64,000 nucleotides of DNA from an uncultured Holosporaceae bacterium (GCA_965661165.1 CBFICL010000001.1:5220-69219); one strand, 5' to 3'. Numbered from the stretch's first letter, positions 46,783 to 57,000 are shown. Translations and numbers: made by a program. Notes: a model not told the origin generated them from the sequence alone.

Positions 46783-47736
46783 ATGACCATGCCAGCAGAA
46801 GATATGAAACATGCTACACAAAATACGGACGAGTGCCTAGAGACCAAGCGCACGACGGTGCCGGCCATGGAATCTTTTCTTCATCAACCTGTGCCTGTGC
46901 TTGATCATGGGTTTGTGCGCCTTGTGGATTATATGGGCTCAGATCAATCCATTGTGCAAGCAGCACGCGTATCTTATGGCAAGGGCACCAAGCGCAAAAG
47001 TGAAGATCGGGGGTTGATCTTTTACCTGATGCGTCATCGTCATACCACTCCGTTTGAAATGTGTGAAATTAAATTTCATGTGAAAATGCCCATTTTTGTG
47101 GCTCGGCAATGGGTGCGGCACAGAACCGCCAACATCAACGAATATTCAGCCCGCTATTCTATTTTGAGCAAAGAGTTTTATGTGCCCGAACCTGATCACA
47201 TGGCCGCCCAATCTGAATCCAACAGTCAGGGTCGCATGCCCGAACCTTTGCCGCCGGATCAGGTGAATTCTTTGCTGTCTCTTTTGCGCCGTGATTCGCT
47301 GCAGTGTTATGACACCTATATGTCGCATATGAACATGACAGACACGGGTGAGCCCGTGGACCCTGAAAAAGATGGGTTGGCGCGCGAGCTGTCACGCATG
47401 AACCTCACCCTCAACTATTACACCGAGATGTATTGGAAGATTGATTTACACAATTTGTTCCATTTTTTGCATTTGCGCGCAGATTCTCACTCACAGTGGG
47501 AAATTCAGGCCTATGCAAAAGCCATGTTGCCTATGGTGAAGGCCTGGGTGCCGGTGGCTTTTGAAGCGTTTCAAGAATATCGTCAAGGAGGCGTCTCTTT
47601 TTCCAAAAGTGGTTTGAAGGTAATCCAAAAGCTGATTCGCGGTGAACTCGTGAAGCGGGAAGACACATCCCTGTCCCAGCGGGAATGGTCAGAGATGATG
47701 GCGACCCTTGAGGTGGACGAAAGCCGCCACACGTAA
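46783..47736 (+). CDS. thyX: FAD-dependent thymidylate synthase ThyX
   Basis: 317 aa. The ThyX signature RHRTANINEYSARYS (RHRxxSxxxxSxR-like) and HTTPFEM are present. Confidence 0.9.
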   Translation: MTMPAEDMKHATQNTDECLETKRTTVPAMESFLHQPVPVLDHGFVRLVDYMGSDQSIVQAARVSYGKGTKRKSEDRGLIFYLMRHRHTTPFEMCEIKFHVKMPIFVARQWVRHRTANINEYSARYSILSKEFYVPEPDHMAAQSESNSQGRMPEPLPPDQVNSLLSLLRRDSLQCYDTYMSHMNMTDTGEPVDPEKDGLARELSRMNLTLNYYTEMYWKIDLHNLFHFLHLRADSHSQWEIQAYAKAMLPMVKAWVPVAFEAFQEYRQGGVSFSKSGLKVIQKLIRGELVKREDTSLSQREWSEMMATLEVDESRHT

Positions 47737-47785
47737 CGCTCAGGTTTAGGCGCATTGATCATGTGAGCAATCAAAGGGCAAGGCC

Positions 47786-50700
47786 ATGTTTCTAACCCGT
47801 GAGCAACGCGCTGCGGTCAATCCGCACATCAGTGCTTGGGTCGAAGCATCAGCGGGGTCAGGAAAAACCCGCGTGCTGACAGATCGCCTGCTGGCCTTGA
47901 TGATTGAGGGGGCCGACCCTGAGCGGCTGCTGTGCTTAACCTTTACCAAGGCCGCGGCTTCAGAAATGGAGGCACGCCTTAAAAACCGTCTTTCCACCTG
48001 GTCACTCATGGCGGATGACGATGTGCGTGACGCCCTCAAAGATTTGGGCCTTGACCCCACAGCTGTGCGTATCAAGCGGGCGAGGTCTTTGTTTGCACGT
48101 GTTTTGAATCTTCCTTACGGCGTGCGCATCCAAACCTTGCACAGCTTTTGCGAACGCCTGTTGCGCCGCTTTCCTCTTGAGGTGGGGTTGATCCCCCATT
48201 TTCGTGTGATGGACGAATATGCGGCGATGAACCTTTTTCGCACTGCGTTTGACCACGTCCTGACGCAACAGGTATCCATACAAGGGGCGCCTCAAGAGTT
48301 GAGTCAAACCCCCGCCTTAACCCCTATCCAAGCACCTACCCAACTTATGCAGGCGCTCACCCACTTATCTGAAACCATGAGTTATGGCCAGCTATGTGAC
48401 ATGTTGTGGGATCTGTTGGGCCAGCGCCGCTTTGCCACATCTGTGGGCCAGGGGAGGGACATGGCCGCCATGAAACGCGCCTTGGGCCTTGAGGACGAAC
48501 ATAAAGAGGCCTATGTGGCCGCCTTTATAGAACGTACGGATCAAAAAGCCTATCAACGCCTTGTGGAAGCTCTTGATGTACGGGACGGCTCTCAAGGCCT
48601 GTCACCCTCTTTGCAAAAAACAAGAGACCTCATCAGCGCCATGCTCGACAATCCCTGTGAAGAAACATACGCTGCGGCGGCCTTCGTGTTTCTCACCAAA
48701 GAGCATAAGGCCAGGCAGCGCGCACTGCCTTCAAAAATGGCAACAGTCGCTGTGTGTGAGGAGATGACCTGTGACGCATTTGTGGTCCAAGAAACCCAGC
48801 GTTTTTTAGATTTTGTGGATAAAGTCCACGCCTACCGCGTGTGCGCGGAGTCAGAGGCCCTGGTGGTGTGCTTTGAGGCGGTGTTGCGTCGTTATGAATC
48901 AGAAAAAAAGGCCCACGGCGTCATGGATTATGAGGATCTGATTGCCAAGACATCGGCCCTGCTGGCGGCGGGAGATGCCTGGGTAGCCTATAAAATTGAT
49001 GGCGGCATTGACCATATTCTTGTGGATGAAGCGCAAGATACAAGCCGGCTCCAGTGGCAGGTGATCGGCGGGCTTATGGACATTTTTTTTGAGGGCAGCG
49101 ATGTGCATAAAACCCTGTTTGTGGTGGGGGATCCGAAACAGTCTATCTATAGCTTTCAGGGCGCCGATCCGCGTTTGTTCCATGATATGCGCACTGTGCT
49201 TGAGCATAAACTGAAGCGCCTCTCGCGGCCTTTTCGGCACTTGCGCCTCAACACATCCTTTCGCTCTGTGCCCACCATTTTATCAACGGTGGATCAGGTG
49301 TTTCGCCACCCTAACGCGCACAAAGGCGTTGGCCCTGTGCAGCATCAGGTTTGTGATACCTATAAAAATGCGCAAGGGTCTGTGACCTTGTGGCCATTGC
49401 TGGGCAAAAACAAACAGGACGATCCGGATGGATACACACCGCCGCAAGATGTGCGCTTGGCCTTAACGGTGGTGATGTCTGTGCAAAAGTGGTTGCAAGA
49501 GGGATTGTGGCTTGAGACAGCGCAAAGAGCGCTGCGCGCCCAGGATGTGATGATTTTGGTGCGCAAGCGGGGCCCTTTGGTGGATGCGCTCACCCGGCTG
49601 TTCAAAGAAGCAGGCATTGCTGTGCTGGGGCAAGATCGTTTTACGCTCACAAAAACACTGGTGGTTCAAGATTTGTTGGCGTTAGTGCGCTTTTGCATGA
49701 CGCCAGACGATGATCTCACCTTGGCCACCGTACTGAAGGGGCCGCTTATTGGTCTTACGGAAGAAGAGTTGTTCACGGCCTGTCAGCGCCCTCAAGGGGA
49801 TCGCGTGTGGGGCCATCTCAAAACGTTGTCACAGCCGTGGGCCCGCGCGGCGCATCAAAAGCTTACGGCTTACCGTGAAAAAGCCACCACGGCGACGCCT
49901 TTTGCGTTTTTCACCCATGTGTTGTGGACGCAGGGCGGTGCTCGCTTATTTTTGCAGCATGGCGGTGAGGACGTGCGTGATATTTTGAAAGAGTTTCTCA
50001 CCCTCATCAGCGCCGAAGAACCCAAGGTGGGCTATAGCCTCGAGCGTCTTTTAGGGCACATTGAGGCGCAAGATGTCACCATTAAGCGTGATCCTTCCGT
50101 CAAGGCACTTGGGGTGCGCATTTTGACCATTCATGGCGCCAAGGGATTGGAGGCGCCGCTTGTGATCATTCCGGAAGCTTCTCATTTTCAGCCTCCCGCC
50201 CAAAAACTCTTGTGGTGCCCGGCCGCTGACGTGCACATCCCGGTGTTCATGCGACCTTCGTTGCCTCAGGCACTTCAGGCTTATAAAGCCGGGATGAATG
50301 CGTCGTTAGATGAGGAAGGTTGCCGGCTTTTTTATGTGGCGCTGACCCGGGCTCAAGAGCATCTGGTGATAGCGGGCACAGAAAAAGCACGTGGATATGG
50401 CCATTCGTGGCATGCGTTGATGGCGCATGCCTTAACGGCAGAGGGGGCGTGTGACGCTTCAACAGAACATGAAGAAGAGACACAAGAGCAGACGCAAGGG
50501 CCCCGTGTTCACACCCATGGCCGTATGACTTTTTCAACAGCGCCTACAGACCAAGAGGCAGGAAATCAAGAAGCGGACCTATCCATCGCGCACGAGGCAA
50601 GCCAAGCACGCACCCTGCCTGAGGGCGACAAGTCGTTCTCCATGCCCGTATGGTCTTCGTTAGCAGGCTCGTCTTTGCACATCCCTATCATCACACCGTC

Positions 50701-51373
50701 TTCACGGCAAACTTCAGACACGGCCAACACGCCGCCCACGTATGCACGGAGGAAAGAAACAGATGCAGCGCCATCACGACCTCGGGCGCAGGCCGCAGCG
50801 TATGGGCAAGCGGTGCATGGTTTATTGGCGGTGTTGCCCGGTGTGCCTCAGGCCGCATGGGCGCGCAAAGCCCAGGATGTGTGTGCCTGGTTTGATCTAT
50901 CGCCTGAGGATGTGCTTACAGCCCTGGAAGAAGCCTCTGCGGTCTTGCGCGATGCCCGTTTCTCTTTTTTGCACGATCCTCACGCGCGCCGTGAGGTCGC
51001 CCTCAGCGCCCTGGATGCAGTCCCCCCATGCGTGAGCCATATAGACCACCACAAGCGTGGCGAAGGGGCGTTGGCACCGGGCGCGGCCTTTCCGTTATCC
51101 GTTTCCTCAGAGCCGTTAGAGGAGGCGCAGGTGATGATATCGGCTCGGCTTGATTTTTGTCTCGCCCGGCCCCATGAAGTGATGGTGATCGATTTTAAAA
51201 CAGACCGACATCCTCCCGCCCAGATGCCTGACACTTATGCTCAACAGCTTGGTATGTATACGGCCCTTTTGAAACCATTATACACACAGCCCGTACGCGC
51301 CTATGTCTTGTGGACGCACACCCGTCACCTGATGCAGGCCTCGCTTAAAGAAAAGGGGCAACAAAGCGTTTGA
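47786..51373 (+). CDS. addA: double-strand break repair helicase AddA (UvrD/Rep superfamily 1 helicase plus C-terminal PD-(D/E)xK nuclease)
   Basis: 1195 aa. The call rests on N-terminal AVNPHISAWVEASAGSGKTRVLTDR, ILVDEAQDTS, VGDPKQSIYSFQGA and TIHGAKGLEAP. The C-terminal MVIDFKTD nuclease block also fits. Confidence 0.88.
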   Translation: MFLTREQRAAVNPHISAWVEASAGSGKTRVLTDRLLALMIEGADPERLLCLTFTKAAASEMEARLKNRLSTWSLMADDDVRDALKDLGLDPTAVRIKRARSLFARVLNLPYGVRIQTLHSFCERLLRRFPLEVGLIPHFRVMDEYAAMNLFRTAFDHVLTQQVSIQGAPQELSQTPALTPIQAPTQLMQALTHLSETMSYGQLCDMLWDLLGQRRFATSVGQGRDMAAMKRALGLEDEHKEAYVAAFIERTDQKAYQRLVEALDVRDGSQGLSPSLQKTRDLISAMLDNPCEETYAAAAFVFLTKEHKARQRALPSKMATVAVCEEMTCDAFVVQETQRFLDFVDKVHAYRVCAESEALVVCFEAVLRRYESEKKAHGVMDYEDLIAKTSALLAAGDAWVAYKIDGGIDHILVDEAQDTSRLQWQVIGGLMDIFFEGSDVHKTLFVVGDPKQSIYSFQGADPRLFHDMRTVLEHKLKRLSRPFRHLRLNTSFRSVPTILSTVDQVFRHPNAHKGVGPVQHQVCDTYKNAQGSVTLWPLLGKNKQDDPDGYTPPQDVRLALTVVMSVQKWLQEGLWLETAQRALRAQDVMILVRKRGPLVDALTRLFKEAGIAVLGQDRFTLTKTLVVQDLLALVRFCMTPDDDLTLATVLKGPLIGLTEEELFTACQRPQGDRVWGHLKTLSQPWARAAHQKLTAYREKATTATPFAFFTHVLWTQGGARLFLQHGGEDVRDILKEFLTLISAEEPKVGYSLERLLGHIEAQDVTIKRDPSVKALGVRILTIHGAKGLEAPLVIIPEASHFQPPAQKLLWCPAADVHIPVFMRPSLPQALQAYKAGMNASLDEEGCRLFYVALTRAQEHLVIAGTEKARGYGHSWHALMAHALTAEGACDASTEHEEETQEQTQGPRVHTHGRMTFSTAPTDQEAGNQEADLSIAHEASQARTLPEGDKSFSMPVWSSLAGSSLHIPIITPSSRQTSDTANTPPTYARRKETDAAPSRPRAQAAAYGQAVHGLLAVLPGVPQAAWARKAQDVCAWFDLSPEDVLTALEEASAVLRDARFSFLHDPHARREVALSALDAVPPCVSHIDHHKRGEGALAPGAAFPLSVSSEPLEEAQVMISARLDFCLARPHEVMVIDFKTDRHPPAQMPDTYAQQLGMYTALLKPLYTQPVRAYVLWTHTRHLMQASLKEKGQQSV

Positions 51374-51455
51374 CAAGGCCCGGGGGATTCTTATACCCTG
51401 GGGTGAAGGTGTTCCTTGCGAGCACGGATGTTTTTGAAGGGATAATGACGTTTCT

Positions 51456-52100
51456 ATGAGCAAGAGGCTTTCATCGAAGTATAAAATTGATCGCCGCTAT
51501 GGTGTCAACTTGTGGGGTCGTGAGAAGAGCCCTGTGAATTTGCGTGATTACAAACCTGGTCAGCACGGCGTGAAAGCACGCGCGGGCGGTGGTGGGGGTG
51601 GTGGTAAGACCTCGCCCTATGGGTTGCAGTTGGCGGCCAAGCAAAAATTGCGTGGCTATTATGGCGGTATTCGTGAAAGCCAATTTCGCAGGTTTTATAA
51701 AGAAGCTGCACGCTTGACAGGGGATACGGGTGAAAATTTTATTGGCCTATTGGAACGTCGTTTGGATGCTGTGGTCTATCGCATGAAGTTTGTGCCCACC
51801 ATTTTTGCTGCGCGTCAATTTGTGAACCACGGTCATGTGACCGTCAATGGTAGGCTTGTGAATATTCCGTCCTATTTGGTGCGTGCGGGGGATGAGATTG
51901 AGGTCAAAACAGCCTCTAAATCCCTGACCATCGTTTTGGAGGCAGCGGTCTCGCCCGAGCGTGATGTGCCTGCCTATTTAGAGGTGGATAACAAAAAAAT
52001 GAAGGGCGTGTTCGTGCGCATCCCTGCACTGGCTGATGTTCCCTATCCTGCGCAGATGGAACCTCACCTGATCACAGAGTGGTATGCCCGCCGCGTTTAA
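51456..52100 (+). CDS. rpsD: 30S ribosomal protein S4
   Basis: 214 aa. [16 protein letters not shown]...PGQHG...[16 protein letters not shown] and an S4 RNA-binding domain are present. It carries an unusual G7 insertion. Confidence 0.93.
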   Translation: MSKRLSSKYKIDRRYGVNLWGREKSPVNLRDYKPGQHGVKARAGGGGGGGKTSPYGLQLAAKQKLRGYYGGIRESQFRRFYKEAARLTGDTGENFIGLLERRLDAVVYRMKFVPTIFAARQFVNHGHVTVNGRLVNIPSYLVRAGDEIEVKTASKSLTIVLEAAVSPERDVPAYLEVDNKKMKGVFVRIPALADVPYPAQMEPHLITEWYARRV

Positions 52101-52202
52101 CATCGCGATTTTTTTGTGTTGAACAACCTTGTGCTGACCAATTTTGGTGTTGAATAGCGTTGCGATTAGCTATCTTAGGTTAACATCTTAAGGTGGCCAT
52201 TC

Positions 52203-52234
52203 TGCGTTAACCACCTTGCGTTAACCACCTTGCG
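52203..52234. repeat. 14-bp tandem repeat TGCGTTAACCACCT x 2.3 in a convergent intergenic region
   Basis: 52203-52216 and 52217-52230 are identical, followed by a partial TGCG. An inverted AAGGTGG (52191-52197) lies just upstream. Confidence 0.8.
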
Positions 52235-52325
52235 CGGCATATTTTGTTGTTGGGTGCGTGCATTTTGGCCTTAAAAACCTTCTTTTTTTAAGGTGATGCC
52301 TGGGCATGAAGGCCTGTGCCTGTGT

Positions 52326-53012
52326 TTAGTCTGCAGATATAACCCTGACCCATGTCTTGTTACGTTCCGCATCTTCGGGCATGAAAACAGGGCCCCACTT
52401 ATCCGCAAATGCATTAAGCGTGTTGATTGTTTCTGGAGCTTCAAGCCCCTGAACACCAAGCTTTCCCACAATGTCTGATGTCGTAGACGCACCAAAGGCT
52501 TCCTTAAGCTCCTCAAGTGCCCGTAGAGGTAAGGATTGGCCTTGATTGCTGAGGGCGTTGAGTATGTGCATTGCCCGGTTTTTCTTGGCTTGACGTACCT
52601 TTTCTTCCTTTATAGCCAGATCAGCCTCAGCCTGTTGAAGTGTTCTGTTTGCTTCCTCTATCTTTTGCTGAGCCTTGCGCTCTTGTGCGGGCAGGGTCTT
52701 CGCTAATGTAGTAAACGTATCGATTGCATTAACCAGCTCCTCTTCAAATCTCTGTGCCTCCTGTTCAACCCTCTTTTTTTCTCCTTGCTTAAAGAAATTG
52801 CCGGGAAAAGGAGATAGCGTGTTTCCAGCGCGTGTGAAAAGGGGATTATCAGTATCAGCACTATCTTTGGGAGTCATTTTTGTGAGACCGGCTTTTCTGC
52901 CTTCTGTGTGCGCCACATGGTGATGTTGCCTAGACTCTCTCGTGGCATAAAGGGCGGAAGTGCTGAGGGTTGTGGCGCCGATAAGCACCATCAAAACAAC
53001 ATGATATCTCAT
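52326..53012 (-). CDS. hypothetical secreted coiled-coil protein
   Basis: 228 aa. The signal peptide is MRYHVVLMVLIGATTLSTSALYA. The central region is heptad-like and K/E/Q-rich. I recognise no family. Confidence 0.55.
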   Translation of the reverse strand: MRYHVVLMVLIGATTLSTSALYATRESRQHHHVAHTEGRKAGLTKMTPKDSADTDNPLFTRAGNTLSPFPGNFFKQGEKKRVEQEAQRFEEELVNAIDTFTTLAKTLPAQERKAQQKIEEANRTLQQAEADLAIKEEKVRQAKKNRAMHILNALSNQGQSLPLRALEELKEAFGASTTSDIVGKLGVQGLEAPETINTLNAFADKWGPVFMPEDAERNKTWVRVISAD

Positions 53013-53325
53013 AAAAACAATCCTTATCCAAAAAAACCAATAAAAATAACAATGATAGATTTATTATAGAAATCATGCGTAAAAAACACGTAAAAACAAT
53101 TGCTTATAAAAAATTACTCCTTTTTTGTCAAAAAATAATTGATTTTCTATGGGATAGAGGCAGGGTTGTGCCTGCCCCTCCGACATCAAGAACCAATCCG
53201 CTCATTTTGGCTAACAGGGGACGCACACGGTCTCATCACAGACCGCACCCACAGGTGGCGTGAGAAGAAAAAAGCGCGAGGCGTTCTTTGGGTGCGTGTG
53301 CGCATGTCACACAGGGCCCCCCGTT

Positions 53326-53904
53326 TTATTCAGCAGATGCGTCAGAGATTTCCTCAAGCTCAGGGAGCGTTCCTAGCGACCTTCCTACCCAATCTTGATC
53401 CAAGATGTCAGCGTAACGTTTATCAAGCTCGTAGAAGCGTTTGAGGAGCAAAGGGTCATACAGTCTGTCATTATTATGTATGATGGTGGCTATTACTCTT
53501 GAGTCTAGAATGCTGCCAAGGGGATGTGTGTGACGATCAATATTCTCTGTTTTCATAAACAGTTTTTCCATCTCATCCATAATGGGCTTGTCTATGAAAG
53601 GAGCCTTTGTGAAAAGCTGGGATAACGCATGGATAGCGCGTAAGCGTTCATGGAGAGCATGAGGGAAGGGATGAAGCCCGTGTGCAAAGGGAATCTCTCC
53701 TATGGCCGGAGGAAAATATAACCCATCCCTGTGGGAAGACAAAGGTGGAAGGGCGTGCGGGAGATGCTTATCATCCACCACAATCTTTGCGCGTACCTCT
53801 TCAAGGGGGGGGTAGATGGGGGAGACGGGCCATACACAGACGGTGTCGTGAAAGCTGTCAACATTGCCAGAGAAAAACCAAAATATACATACTTCATGAT
53901 TCAT
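53326..53904 (-). CDS. hypothetical protein (His/Pro-rich N-terminal half)
   Basis: ORF 53326..53913. The ATG at 53902-53904 is preferred over the TTG at 53913. It has no signal peptide and I recognise no family. Confidence 0.5.
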   Translation of the reverse strand: MNHEVCIFWFFSGNVDSFHDTVCVWPVSPIYPPLEEVRAKIVVDDKHLPHALPPLSSHRDGLYFPPAIGEIPFAHGLHPFPHALHERLRAIHALSQLFTKAPFIDKPIMDEMEKLFMKTENIDRHTHPLGSILDSRVIATIIHNNDRLYDPLLLKRFYELDKRYADILDQDWVGRSLGTLPELEEISDASAE

Positions 53905-54307
53905 ACTTACCAAAAGAATCTATATATATCATTCTCGTCATATTTTTTTAATAATCAATAAAATCAATAAGATAAGGTGGTGAGGGCATAGGTTGATCAA
54001 TAACCTTGCGTTGCAACGCCATGGCTGCGCTGTAACGCTAATGCAGCGTCTTTTTGATGTGTACAAAAAGGAAAAGGTGCTGCAGAAAAGGGCGCCACAG
54101 CCTGTTGACATGTTGGGCCGCCTCATATTTGGCGTTTTATGCCTGGGGATAGACAGGTCATGGTTGTTTTTCTTCATGAAAAAAAGTGTATCATTTCTGT
54201 CTGTTCAATAAAAACGTGGTGTGATGACCAAATAGTCAAAGTATTCCTTAATCTTTATTCTTTATTTTTATTTTGAAGGACATTGGATGCATGAGAGTGT
54301 TTGATAC

Positions 54308-55222
54308 ATGGGCCGAAAAGCACGCACATTTCTTGTTGCTTTGTTTGTTTTTGTGTGGCTTCCGAAGTGTATGTATGCGCCTCCACAAGCTAACGTACCT
54401 TTGTCACAGGTAAGGCCCATTGGGTATGTTGACAATCGTACGCATTTTCGCGGCTTTTCTTTTTCTGTTTTTCAAGGGTTTGAAACCTGGGGAACGCCCA
54501 TTTCCCTGACCCACAAGATCAAATATAGCGACGACCTGGCCATTACAGGGTTTCGCGGTGGACTGGCGTTGGGCTATTTCTTTGAAATTTACAATGGCGC
54601 CTTTTTTCTTGAGGCCGCTGCCGCCACCAACCCGATGAAAGAGGTAAACATTGGGCAAATTTTTGACAACCTGCAGCCTATGGTAACGCTAAGACGATCA
54701 GATGTGAGCGCATCAGGCACACTGGGGTTGGGCAGCAAGCTCACCAAAAACACGGCGTTTTTTTTGATTGCTGGCGTTGATGCTGCCATGGCCACCATTG
54801 ACGTGATTGATGACCCTGAAGCCTTTGTGCAAGATTTTAATAATCGCACCACACATGAGCCCCCTATTACAGCGAATACTGTGTTGCCACAAACAAGAGA
54901 CCCTGCTGTCAATTTGCCTGCAACGCCTCCTGCTCCCCCAGCGCCTTATGCCTGGGCTGAAGACAGGTTTACTCAACCGGCCCAAGGCCTTTCTGCGGCC
55001 ATTAGTGATATGAACCAAAATCCCTACACCATGACCCGCAAGCGCTTGCCCATGCTTACGGGACGCTTAGGATTTCGCATTGCCTCCATGGTGAATGAGC
55101 ATGTGTCTTTCCAAATTGAATTTGCCGGGCGGTGGTCGCATATCTCCATGCCTAATTCCTATATCAACACCATCAAAACCAGCGGGATCGATTGTCAAAT
55201 CCGCCTTGGCTATCACTTTTAA
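54308..55222 (+). CDS. putative outer-membrane beta-barrel protein
   Basis: 304 aa with a hydrophobic N-terminal signal. Alternating beta-strand-like segments rich in G/Y/F and a terminal aromatic signature ...QIRLGYHF support the call. A Pro-rich loop (PATPPAPPAPYAW) is inserted. Confidence 0.55.
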   Translation: MGRKARTFLVALFVFVWLPKCMYAPPQANVPLSQVRPIGYVDNRTHFRGFSFSVFQGFETWGTPISLTHKIKYSDDLAITGFRGGLALGYFFEIYNGAFFLEAAAATNPMKEVNIGQIFDNLQPMVTLRRSDVSASGTLGLGSKLTKNTAFFLIAGVDAAMATIDVIDDPEAFVQDFNNRTTHEPPITANTVLPQTRDPAVNLPATPPAPPAPYAWAEDRFTQPAQGLSAAISDMNQNPYTMTRKRLPMLTGRLGFRIASMVNEHVSFQIEFAGRWSHISMPNSYINTIKTSGIDCQIRLGYHF

Positions 55223-55246
55223 AGGCATGGGTGAGGTTGAATCTGC

Positions 55247-55273
55247 GCGCCTAGCAAGCCGGCGCACTTTTTT
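55247..55273 (+). terminator. weak candidate intrinsic terminator after the OMP gene
   Basis: GCGCC (55247-55251) pairs with GGCGC (55261-55265) around a 9-nt loop. AC and T6 (55268-55273) follow. Confidence 0.35.
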
Positions 55274-55431
55274 GCCACATGTTGACGGTAAGCTCAAGAA
55301 AATGATCCCCATGTTACCGGAGGGTTGACTTCACGTGATCCTTAAGTGGGGGGCAATAGATATCAGGCTGGCGCTCACATTACCCTCAGCGAAGGCATGC
55401 ACCAGTTTGTCAAGCCCTATGCTTCTGCTTC

Positions 55432-57000
55432 TCACGCACGTTGCTGTGTGGCCGGTGGGTCGGGGATGTCACGCTGTTTGTTCCGGTGGGGGCAATAGCG
55501 TAGGGCTTCAGCAATATGCACTTTGTGGATGTCCTCTTGCCCGGCAAGGTCGGCAAGGGTGCGGGCCACACGCAAAACGCGATGATAGGCCCGGGTCGAT
55601 AAATGCCATGTGTGACTGGCTTGACGCAACAGGGTGAGGCCGCTAGAGGTAAGCTCCAGAAAAGGTTGAAGATCTGCAACAGGCACGTGGCCGTTCATCC
55701 AGCGTCGAAAGGATGAGATTTCTTTCAAGCGTTCCTTTTGACGCGCTTGGGCGGCCAACACCCGCTTTTGGATGACGCTGCTACTTTCAGGCTCGCCTTG
55801 ACCTTCTTGCTCAAAGGGTGAGAGGGCCGGGACATGAACCTCAAGATCGATGCGGTCCATCAACGGACCTGAAAGGCGGGCTTGGTATTTTTCTCCACAC
55901 ACCGGGGCTTTACGACATTGCTTATGCACAGTGCCTAAATAGCCGCAGGGACAAGGATTCATGGCCGCCACAAGCTGTGTATGGGCCGGATAGGTGATGT
56001 GCGCGTTGGCCCGGGCAATAGTGATCTCGCCTGACTCAAGGGGTTGCCGCAACGATTCAAGGAGTGGGCGCGAAAATTCGGGCAATTCATCCAAAAACAA
56101 CACACCCTTGTGGGCCAGCGACAGTTCACCAGGCTTGCTTCGATGTCCGCCCCCCAAAAGCGCCGGCACAGACGTGGCATGATGCGGCGCCCGAAACGGT
56201 CTTTGGGTTAAGAGTGTGTTGTCGGTAAGGGCGCCAGCCAGGCTGTGTATGGCCGTGACTTCCAATGATTCTTCAGGGGTAAGGGGCGATAAGATGGACG
56301 GCAAACTTTCTGCCAGAAGCGATTTGCCTGATCCAGGCGGCCCCACCATCAACACATTGTGCCCCCCGGCCGCTGCAATTTCAAGCACCCGTTTTGCTGT
56401 ATCTTGCCCCAAAATATCTTTCATATCGCGTTGAGACGATGTGTGTTTTTTTATGATAGCTTGGGGCCTGGACAACACCTGGGTGCCCTTGATGTGATTG
56501 ATGATGTCCAGCAGATGGGGCGCGGCAATGATGGTTAAGTCACCCACCCATGCGGCTTCTGCCCCTCCTTCTTGTGAGCATATCAACCCCTTATGCACTG
56601 ATGACGCATGAAGCGCGGTGGATAGCGTACCCCACGTTTTAAGAATCTGTCCATCCAGAGCTAATTCACCAACAGCAATGAATTGGTCCATAAACCCGGC
56701 ATCTAAGGCGCCAATCGCTGTTAATAGCCCCAACGCAATGGGAAGATCATAGTGCGTGCCTTCTTTTTGAAGATCGGCAGGCGACAGGTTGATGGTGATC
56801 CGTTTGGGAGGCAGCGCCAAACCCATGCCATAAAGGGCCGCCCGCACACGCTCTTTAGATTCGGCCACTGCCTTATCGGGAAGCCCTACAAGATGAAAGG
56901 CCGGCAACCCCGACGCCAGCTGAACCTGCACATCCACAGATGTCACATGAAGGCCCCTGAAACAGACCGTTGCCGTGCGCGATAGTTTAAGCATACCCAT
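55432..57000 (-). CDS. comM: YifB/ComM family ATPase (Mg-chelatase-like AAA+)
   Basis: 522 aa. An N-terminal Lon-protease-like domain (LVGLPDKAVAESKERV) is followed by Walker A VLMVGPPGSGKS, Walker B VLFLDELPEF and a zinc-ribbon-like CPCGY...C.C. Confidence 0.88.
   Translation of the reverse strand: MGMLKLSRTATVCFRGLHVTSVDVQVQLASGLPAFHLVGLPDKAVAESKERVRAALYGMGLALPPKRITINLSPADLQKEGTHYDLPIALGLLTAIGALDAGFMDQFIAVGELALDGQILKTWGTLSTALHASSVHKGLICSQEGGAEAAWVGDLTIIAAPHLLDIINHIKGTQVLSRPQAIIKKHTSSQRDMKDILGQDTAKRVLEIAAAGGHNVLMVGPPGSGKSLLAESLPSILSPLTPEESLEVTAIHSLAGALTDNTLLTQRPFRAPHHATSVPALLGGGHRSKPGELSLAHKGVLFLDELPEFSRPLLESLRQPLESGEITIARANAHITYPAHTQLVAAMNPCPCGYLGTVHKQCRKAPVCGEKYQARLSGPLMDRIDLEVHVPALSPFEQEGQGEPESSSVIQKRVLAAQARQKERLKEISSFRRWMNGHVPVADLQPFLELTSSGLTLLRQASHTWHLSTRAYHRVLRVARTLADLAGQEDIHKVHIAEALRYCPHRNKQRDIPDPPATQQRA

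Noticed and set aside
54308-55222. I asked whether the beta-barrel candidate or neighbouring orphan proteins could be the missing T6SS parts (TssJ lipoprotein, Hcp).
   Set aside because: There is no lipobox; LPKC does not fit L-[AS]-[GA]-C. The sizes are wrong, and there is no Hcp-like N-terminal pattern.
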